From the NCBI GenBank assembly GCA_944381155.1, contig CALWKA010000004.1, forward strand, positions 246 to 64,245: a stretch of 64,000 bases of DNA. The letters are read 5' to 3'. Under the pieces are notes generated by a model. It had not been told where the DNA came from. It saw only the letters and a program-made list of their open reading frames with translations, and did no database searches. Position numbers and translations under genes: made by a program. Of the stretch, positions 10,783-20,900 are shown one piece after another; the stretch's first letter is position 1; each line of letters begins with the position of its first letter. This DNA comes from an uncultured Clostridia bacterium (GTDB taxonomy: Bacteria; Bacillota; Clostridia; Christensenellales; UBA1242).

Positions 10783-11226
10783 TTATTTTTTGTCTGAATT
10801 TTCAGGGCGCAAAATCTTATGCCCTTCTGGCGTTAGCAAAAACAAATCTCCGTGCCAACGAAGTATGCTACCATTCAGCCCATATATTGCGCCAGACAAA
10901 AAATCTAGGATACGCATCCTATCCTCGTCCGCAATTCCTTCTAAATTCACTGCGATAGATTGTCCCTGCTTCAAATAATCAATGACTTGCTGAATCTCTT
11001 TGTGTGTCGTAGGTTCTACCATAATTATATTAGATTCTGGCTGAAGCCCAAACGCATTGAAGTTCGCTCCCGTAGAAAAAGATGGCTGACTCGTCTCCCC
11101 TTCTATGCGTTCGTGAAGGTTAAAATTGGAATATTTGTCATCTTGGACGATCGTTTTAGCCTTCTTGTCTTTTTTGTTCTTGTCATCAAAGCCCAATCCA
11201 CGCATTACCCAATCAAAAAACCCCAT
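10783..11226 (-). CDS. sepF: cell division protein SepF
   Basis: MGFFDW amphipathic N-terminus; VNLE...RILDFLSGAIYGLNG...FLLTP; AGGAG SD before ATG 11226. Confidence 0.9.
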   Translation of the reverse strand: MGFFDWVMRGLGFDDKNKKDKKAKTIVQDDKYSNFNLHERIEGETSQPSFSTGANFNAFGLQPESNIIMVEPTTHKEIQQVIDYLKQGQSIAVNLEGIADEDRMRILDFLSGAIYGLNGSILRWHGDLFLLTPEGHKILRPENSDKK

Positions 11227-11233
11227 ATCTCTC

Positions 11234-11479
11234 CTATGAACCAAAAATTTGTTTCTTCAACATTTCATATTCTGCATCTGTGGCGATATTGAATTCTTTC
11301 ACTACGCGTTCATAAATTGAAATCACTTGTTTGTTGCTCGTCTTGCCTTTTGCTTTTTCCAGCATTTTTTCCGCCACCTTGATAGCGCCTTTTCTGTCCA
11401 TACGATTGTCTATGCCAACAATTGTTTCAATCACATCCATACATTTATTTTCAAATTCTTCTGTTGTCAGTCCTGCCAT
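11234..11479 (-). CDS. hypothetical protein (81 aa) upstream of sepF
   Basis: GAGGTG SD before ATG 11479; ends 7 nt before sepF start. Confidence 0.75.
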   Translation of the reverse strand: MAGLTTEEFENKCMDVIETIVGIDNRMDRKGAIKVAEKMLEKAKGKTSNKQVISIYERVVKEFNIATDAEYEMLKKQIFGS

Positions 11480-11701
11480 ATTCACCTCTACTTTATATAT
11501 TTTAATAAAGAGTTGCAATTTTGTCAACAATTTCAATAATTTTATAATTATTATTTGATATAAAAAATTGCCAATTTAAACCATTTATTTACACAGCAAA
11601 ATAATAATTTCATAAAAAAAAGCTGATTAAATTATATCATAATAATACTATGTATTATATAGTAGCGCACTAGTCTATCAGTAATGTATTTTAATTTTTA
11701 A

Positions 11702-11817
11702 TATATATTATTAAAATACTTCTATATATATTATACAAACTAATTTTAATATATATTATGATAAAACATTTTATATTTATTGTGTAAAACATTTCTATAT
11801 ATTATTAAAACACTTTT
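11702..11817. repeat. five degenerate ~23-bp AT-rich direct repeats
   Basis: Units start at 11702, 11725, 11750, 11772, 11796; consensus TATATATTAT(N0-3)TAAAACATTT. Confidence 0.5.
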
Positions 11818-11909
11818 ATTGATTCACTGATTATATATAGTTTATATCATATATAATAATATTTATAATTTTAATGCACAATTTATTTATTCTATCAGTA
11901 TTTCAAGCC

Positions 11910-11941
11910 AAAAAAGAATTCGCATAATGCGAATTCTTTTT
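11910..11941 (-). terminator. intrinsic terminator of giant gene
   Basis: AAAAAGAATTCGCAT-aa-TGCGAATTCTTTTT-type inverted repeat overlapping the stop codon. Confidence 0.85.
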
Positions 11942-14900
11942 AAACACTGCGATTTACTATAATGCTAAATTGCAGTTCGTGTTGAGTTCCAAACGCGTTT
12001 CCCGTGGTTAGAGTGAGCACAATTTCAAGATGATTTTCACTAGGATAATCTGCAAAATACTGCTCCACTTCCGCTCGATTCAATACAATCTCTCCTGTAT
12101 AGACATTGTTGTTCGATTTAATTTCGCTAATATAATTAGTGTTATTCTCGACTATAGAAGATATTATTTCTTTATTGTCATCAGTCAATGCGACCAACAC
12201 ACCATCAGAATCATATACATTCAAATAGTCCCCTAATATGTTGACAGGAATTTCTCCGTCCGCTGTTAGCGTAGTTTCAACATAAGGATATTCAGGAAGC
12301 TGGAAGTCCACTCTGAAAGTTAAGTCAACACCTTTATATTTAACATTATAATTCAAAGTCAATGCTGTTTTGGTTGGATTGTCACGCTTGTATTTTCTTA
12401 ATGTCTCTTTTGTTACAGTAATTGCCAAAGAATTTTCATCACTATAACTTTTTCCTTCTGCTTCCACTTCTTGTATACTACCCAAAACATCCGAACCCGA
12501 ACCTGTATATGGAATCTTTGTAAATGCTCCACCAACATTTTGATATGTGGCAAATTTTCCAATTAAATCCAATACAGCAGGGTCTGAATTGTGGGTGTAG
12601 TTTACTTGGAAGAAGTATGATTGAATATTCGTGCCATAGTCTACTGTAACTATTGGACTTGATGTTATTGCATAGTATTTATCAGTAGTCAAATTGTATA
12701 ATAGATCAGATGAACCACCTGTAAAGGTTAATTGTTGTAAATTGTATTTTTTGCCATTTACATCGATTGCACCAACTGAATCACCAAGTTCATCAACACT
12801 ATTAGCATTGTTTGCCCAATTAGAATTTGGAGTTCCCGCTCCTACCACAATATAGTCTAGGTATGAAGTACTATCGCATTGAGTAGGCAGGAATATATCT
12901 CGCACTCTGAATTGTCCTTTTGGAACTATAGCTTCAGTAGTGGTCAATTTGAATCCAAGATTTGTATCCGCGTCATATTTTTCAATATGGACAATTGGAT
13001 TTCCACTAGCCATTACATCGAGATCTGCAATCAATTCATTGTTAAACAATTTACTATTAGGATAGTCCGAACCCAAACCTGAATTGATTTTCGGATCTGA
13101 TAGATCAATTCCAAACCCGCCATCGCCAATATAAATCAATTGATAATATATTTCAGAATAATCAGTGCTAGTAAATCCTGTCATATCAGACAATCTCACG
13201 CTTTCCACTGAATTTATAAATGTATAGAAATTGTCTATATTTGAATATTCACTGCTGAACACCGAACCATTAATAATGCTTCCAGTTACATCAAACTCTG
13301 CGTTATAAGTGGTAGTTGATCTATTCGCTGTAAATGATGTGCCACCAGGAAGCGTGATTGTATACACATAGTTGTTTGAAGTGATGGTCATTCCATTTTT
13401 ATAATTAGTCGTACTATTTCCGTCTCTTTCATATGGACCATTCCCATTCAGATATGCCACGATTTCCTTATCTTCATTTAGACGCAAAATGACTTCATCA
13501 TCACCACTAGTGGATTCATATCTTTCTTCATAATAGAATAAATCTAACAGATATTCACCAGACAGATCATTGTCAACATCCACAATGGTGAAATCGCTAT
13601 TCACATTCACGCTAGCGCTATTGTACACTTTGTATGTGACATAATAATTATCTGTGGTTTGACCTAAATAGGTGAAAGACAATCTGTATATGACATTATA
13701 ATAATCATAATTTGGTCCGCTAGACTGCGCCACGCTTGGCAAGGTTAAGCTAGCAATATTTGCAGTAAGGATAGCATTGATAACATCATTAGCAAGCGTT
13801 ACACTATATGCGCTACCAGCATTAAACAATTGATCCGCATCAATAGTTTCTGTGAATGGCACCACTACATAATCTACCGTTATCTCGCCCATAGCAAAGT
13901 TGTTGGCAATTGATGGTGTTTCAAGCAATGTTCCATTAGTGTCTGACATAATTATACCGGTACCATCCCCTGAAGAAGAATAAATAATATCCACACTTTC
14001 TCCAGACGCGAACGCTTCACCGCTAGTGTGAGTCAAGATTCCATTTTCGCCTGTAGCCGATCTATATTGTAAAGTTACGAAGCCCAACACATTGATATTC
14101 CAATAAATCGTATATACGCCATTTTCACGCAAATTGATATTAAGGCGAAGGATGATCAAGCCTGAAAGATCTTTTTTGAAAGTGAGATTTAATCCGTCAA
14201 TCGTGAAATAACCTGTACCCCAACTAGACGATTCTGTGATAGACACATTGTTTGTATCCGTAATTTTCCTATTTGAGCCATCCGCACTATACAATTCAAG
14301 CATCAAATCAGTATTGTAGTTTTCTGCGTTGTATGGAATGATCGTGTTTCTAGTTTCAAATCTAGACAAATCTTCACTGTATGGGAAGTCTCCAGAATTA
14401 AGTTTTTCTGAAGTCAAGAAGATATAATTTGTATAGAAATCGTCATATCCGCTAGAAATTGGACTGCCATTCACCCTAAATTCAAAGTTTGGACGCAGGG
14501 TGAAGTTGTATTGAATGTACCCTATGAAATATCCTCCTACTGCCACATTGAATATTAGATTGACATTGATGTTTACCCCAACCGCTTTGGTCATAATAAG
14601 GTTGGAACTAGCGTTTTCACCATAGTCGAAAATGTTGTTGTTTGTATTCTGAATATAATGCCTATTTCCAGAAATCATATAGCTACTTGCGCCTTCGCTA
14701 TTTCCTGTCACAAGTGTAGCATTGCTCAACGAGATAGATGCGTTCTTTGCATTTGATGTGATAGCTATCTTTTGAGAAAGGTCTATATAATTTCCTGCAT
14801 ATATAGAATCATAATTCGTATCAAATTCGCTTTCAAGTGAATAGTTGAAAAATTTGATTTCTAGATTCCTTGAACTAAATCCGCCACCCTCGTATCTTGT

Positions 14901-17900
14901 AATCAAATTTCCACTATCTCCAAATAGCGTGAGCGTGATTGTCATTTCGTCAAATAAACTTCCGTTATTGCGCTGTAGCCCAACATATAATTGTCTACCC
15001 GCACCTAGTCTAATGGTCAAAGTCATATTTGCACCATTAATACCCGATATAATATAAACTATATCATCCGGATAATTGCTAGATTCCACTCTATCTGATT
15101 TGTAAATATCATAGTCTCTCACTGTAGAGTCATCAATTGTAATATTTATACTTGTTATATAAAATGCGCTATTATTTCCGTCAGAGAGAGTGGCAATATG
15201 ATTGCCTAGCATCACAGTCTGTCCATTGTCTGTGGTGGTTTCCCCATATACTAATGGCGTACCTTCTACTTTGTCTTCAATGAGAAGTGAAACATATTCG
15301 TTTTCGTTAATGTCATCTTCACCATTTGTGTCTAGCTGATAATCTAATCTATCCCTATATTCAGTGCTACTCATTATCTGGTATGCATATACGACATTTG
15401 CTACACCTGCGCTGTTCGCTAAATATAAATTAGACAAAGTGTTTGTGCTTACTGTTGAGAAATTCAATGAATTCCCAGTTGCCGGCATACTCGCTCCCTC
15501 GCTTGCTGTGAAAGTGATGTAATTTGGATTGTCCGGTGTGGTAAAGCCCATATCTGCTGCTGAATAACTTAAAGTAGAATTATTCTCCAAATCAATGAGT
15601 GCTATACGCTTTTGATTGATTATATTATCTTTATTAACTTTCGCATCTCCAACATCGTATGCTGCTGGATCTGAAATATCATTAAATAGTTGCGTACGGA
15701 TATCAGAAATGCTATATCCACTCACCACATTTTCGTGAGTAGCTCCCACTGTGTAATACGAAGCAACGAGTCCTGCGTACGATCTTTGAACATTTACATA
15801 ATAATTGATAGTGACTGGTGCTCCACCCCTTTGGTAATAATCACCGCCCGAGAGTACATTTATATTCAAAGTCAAAACTTTGTCTTGTGCTGTATGAGTA
15901 AAGTTAATTGTTCCTTGGGTACTAATATTTAATTTTCCGCTATCTAGCAAATTCGTGACATAACTATTGTCCGAGAATGTAATCTCAAGTGAACTAGCCA
16001 CATTCGTATAAATGTTCAAACCACCAAAATAATATCTGGTCACTTCTGCATTACTGCTAGAATTGATTGTTATCTGGCTACCTATGGAACTATGATATTG
16101 ATTATCTACTATCAAATCAGAAAGTTGTGGATTGTCTTCACTATATCCGCTACCTGATTGCGGTTGAGAGTAATACAGCCCGCTCAAAACATTTGCCGTG
16201 ATCGTCTTTGAATATCTTGAATTATTTTCGTCAAACACATCGTTGAATATTATCTCAAATTGCCCAACATAATCTGAAGTAGTTTGCTCAAACTCTAAAT
16301 AATGATTTCCGTTCTCATAAACATATCTCATATCACAACCATTGGTAAATGTAATAATATCTTTCGTAGTAAGTTGCGTATTGCTTAAGTCTATTTCTGC
16401 TTTGTCTGTACCATCCTGCGCAATAATAATTTTTTTCTTGTAATTTCCTACGATTGTGGACAAATCTAGACGATTATTGAAGTAACTATCTCCACCGCTT
16501 GCTCCGCTAGATACAAAATTTCCGACTGTGACAGTTTGCGGATTTGTGTTGATTCCTATCTGCTCGTAAGTGTAATGCACTTTCAATACGAATTGATTTT
16601 CCCCATAAGAAAATATGTATCTTACCACAAATTCCAAATCTTCATAATTTACATAACTTTCTAAATTAATTGTCGTGTTATTAATAATGCTTACTATAGT
16701 CTTGCCATTAAGACTGATTGAATTTGATTCGTAAACAAATTTACCCTCACCTGCTTCAATCTCCGCCGTCCAAGAGCCACCAATGTCTCTTTGATCATCA
16801 GTAACATTCGATCTTGGTGTAACTCCTACAAATGGAATATCGAATTTAGACATATCCGTGGTCAAAGTCTTGGTATACTCGCCCGTTTCAATTCCATTGA
16901 TCTTTTCAGATATACCACTATCAGTATTCACACTCTCTTTGTATGCTGGCAAAACATATGCTTCAATTGTGCCGATGTAGAATTTGACTGTACCCGAATT
17001 GAAGATCATTCCTATCTTCAAATGTGTGTAATTTGATATGGCTGGTATAAATTTATCGTCAATTTTTGAATATCTGCCATATCCAAAATTCGCTTTATCT
17101 GTTTCGTTATCCGCGGTTTCAGATAGGACTGATATCATACCAAAATAATCTCCGTCCAACATCTCTGCATCAAGCAAATAGAAGTCCACGCTTGAATAAT
17201 TAATGCTTGCATCAAAATGATCATTGAAGAAATCTTGGTCTATCGTCACGCCCAAAAGTGTATTCGCATTCAAGAACTGATTTTCATCATTTGTATCAAA
17301 ATTTTCGCCCGAATTCAAAGTATACACATTGGTATAATCAACATTGTTGTACGCTGTATTAGTTTGATTGTATAGATACACAAAATAATACGCCACCGCA
17401 CCCGAATTTGAAGTCAGTTTGAATATGAAATATCCATAGGTGTTGCTACCAAAACTTGAATGTTGATTGAATATAACTGATTTATCATCATTGTTTATGA
17501 CAATTTGATTGTTGTTGTAATAATTGCTAGTGTTAGCATTGTTTTGACGCGCCACAAGTTCAATGGTGAAGTCCGCGTCAGTTGCAACGCTTCTATCAGC
17601 AGAATTAAATATACTTACTCGCCCAACAGACTGAATTTCATCATATCTAAAGTTTATCGTTTGACCGATATTTACTGGCTCAAAATAATAGTCTATTAAG
17701 CCAATTTTCTGAATAGTGATTTGATATATATTCTCATTTTGACGCGTACCTAATAGATTTTCAGCATCTTGCGCGGGGTCGTCTCCCACAAACACGAATG
17801 ATGTCGTAGTGCCCGTTAGGGTGTCGTCCTTAAACGGCGTTGTGATAGTGAGATATTGCCTATTCTTTATCTGTAAATCGCGCTTAAATTCATAACTTTT

Positions 17901-20900
17901 CCCGTCATTGTAAGTGATAGTATATGTGATAGTAATAGTGGCACTATTCCCATCAATTTCATTAATCACTGCGTACGCTCCGTTGTTCTCGCCATTCATA
18001 TATCCGCTACCCAAAAATGCTGTATCTGCAAATATAGAATCGTCGCTCACCCCTGTCACTAAAATGGAAGTTATAATAGTATTGTCTTCCAAATCATTTA
18101 GTAAATCTTTCACATTGTACAGTTTATTCAACAGATCAAACGCATTTGAAGAATTCCCGGAATATGCCTCTACATTATTTTCTTCATCTGGGGCTAATGG
18201 CAAAAGTCTAACACTGAACTGCGTATCCGAAGCGGTTGAATAAATTAGTTTCTTTCCACTTCCTTCATCTTCAAATGTGAAAATCAGCACTACATTATCA
18301 TAAATTTGCTCCAAATTGGTGATTAATTTGAATGTGTTTTCATTTGTATTAAATTCTACCCCTTCAATATCCGTTTGTAACGAAATAAGTTTAAATTGCG
18401 TATTATCTGCGATATTTATAAATGAATTATATCTGATATTAGACATTATATTATAAATATTATCCACATAGTTCGGAATGCCTGTATCTTCTGTACCTCT
18501 AGAAATTTCGTAGGCATTTTTCAATGTAACCTGTGTTTCGAGCAAGTCTATGCTTCTATCCGCATTATTTACTTGATAACTATAACTAATTCTAATATTT
18601 TCAGTCAAGCTTTCGCCTATGTTCTCTATCCAACCAATGCTGAATTTATTTTCATCCAAACTGATGATAGTGCCAGATTGTAGAGTTAAGTCAAGATTGG
18701 TATAATCAGTATAGTCTACAAGATAGGTGTCTGTCTGGGGATATATCCCCACACCGGATAAACCATAAACTACACCCGTTTTGAAACTCTTTAAGCTAAC
18801 AAATTCGCTATAATCATAAGTTTCTCCGCCTTCAAATTCGCTGGCAACAATTTGCGCTATCACATTAGGCAAAACGGTTATTGTGTATGACGCGAGTTCA
18901 GAGTCATTATATAGGAAACTAAATCTATATGTTCCTACTTCACTAAATGTATAATTTATATTTGTAGGAGATTGGCTATTATTTATATCTACCTGGCAAG
19001 TTATGGAGCCTTCATCGGTTGAATTTTTTATCCCAAACACAGGATTATTCTTTGAAGTTTCTGTATCGCTATATTCTTCGTATAGCAACACGGTAGTACC
19101 CGCGTAGAATTTTTCCCAGTCTGAATTGAAATTAATTTCAATACTTGAAGTGAATGTCAATTCAAAACTAATAGTTTCATTCGTCTTCACATTGATATCA
19201 AAACTTATTACTAGCACAGCATACAGATAATTTACGCGTGTAAACTTCCAAGAGTTGTCCACATTCTCAATTTTTAGCACTATATATTCGTCTGTGATAG
19301 AGCCGTCACCCGTGATGTTATAATCTGGTTCCATTATATAGATATTGCCTTCATTTTCGACAACTTCTAATTCGCTATTTCCCCCAAACTGAACTACATC
19401 AACATTTTCTAATGAAACAAATTGTGAATTCGTAATCAAATCAATGTTTGTACCGCTATCATTATATGTGTATGTTATATAGTCACTTAAATTCACACTC
19501 AGTTCTTCCGTTTCACCCGTGCCTAATCTAGTTATGTCTGTTAGGGTGAAAGCACTTTCTTCATTGTATTGTTTAGACACCACTGATATAGCAAAATATC
19601 TAATGATATCATCGCAACTAACAGTCGCTACCGCTTTGCCTATTTTCTTGATTATCAAATTGTTATTTTCTTCATCAAAGTCCACTATGCTAGGAGAATT
19701 TGACGAATATGATATATTTTTTTCAATGCCTGTTATGGCTGGCAAAACTTGGAAACCTTCTTCAATCGCCCCGCTTGAAGATGAGTTGAAAAGTTTGTCG
19801 CTTAACTCGGTTGCCAAGATTTCTTTTCTAATATTTTCGTCAACTATAAAATATGTATAAACATACCCACCATCTTGTGTTGAATATGAAATTTCTACTT
19901 CAATATAGAATGATGAACTCTTTGCATCATCTGGAGTTTGTGCTAATGAAATTGTTCTCACTTGATCCGTATCGTCAATTTTATATTTGAATTGTATATT
20001 TGTTGCCATCGTGCTCTCAATGTAAATTTTGCTATCTGTAATGATTTGCAAATCATTATATTCTAGCACAATTTTTAAATATGAATCTCTATTTGATAAT
20101 GCACTATTGCTATTATATCTCAAAATTAAACTATCCGCACTAAAATCTAGACCTTGGACATCTAATGCGTTTGAATTCTCTGAAACTAATGTGTCTGATG
20201 AATTGTACATATTGATATGCACATTTTCAATGTCAAATCCGCCAGCATTAAATATATTCTTCAGCATATTTGGCACATTTGAACTTATTATTAGTAAGTG
20301 CTCGGCAGTATTTTCCACCACATATACATCTCCGTCACTGATACTTATAAACTGATCTCCTTCTGGATCGTTATCCCCATTCTCAGATCCTGGATTGTAA
20401 TTGAACGATATTTCATCTGTGATCAAAGCGTAATCCACATTGATTGTCACGCGCCTAGCGTCAGTTATGTAGCTATTGACCACATCTGCTATCTCTTCCA
20501 CATCTTCATATCTATTGGCAAGACAAACATCCCCGTTATTTTTTGAAACCGATTCAAAAGTACAAATATAATCTTCATTGCCAATTGTCACCACCAATTC
20601 ATTATTGACCACTGCTACATTGCTAATGTTCGCACTGCCATCTGTTAATGTTGCATTCAACCCTTCATCGTCTATTGTAACATTCAGATATCTTCTATTG
20701 ACTTCTCCTTCAACTTCTGTCATTTGAATAGAATATCTCAAAACAATATTGTTTGATTCGTTTTCCAAAACTGATTGAATGTATTCATCTGTTGTTTGAT
20801 TATATTCATTTCGCAACTGCAACATGTATATAGGAGTACCCGAATTTTTTGCACCTTGTCTAACTCGAACTTTATTCACATATTGTGTCCCCTGCATATA

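Noticed and set aside
11702-11817. CRISPR array, oriC or chromosomal dif
   Set aside because: No unique spacers, no cas genes, no TTATCCACA cluster, and no switch in gene orientation.
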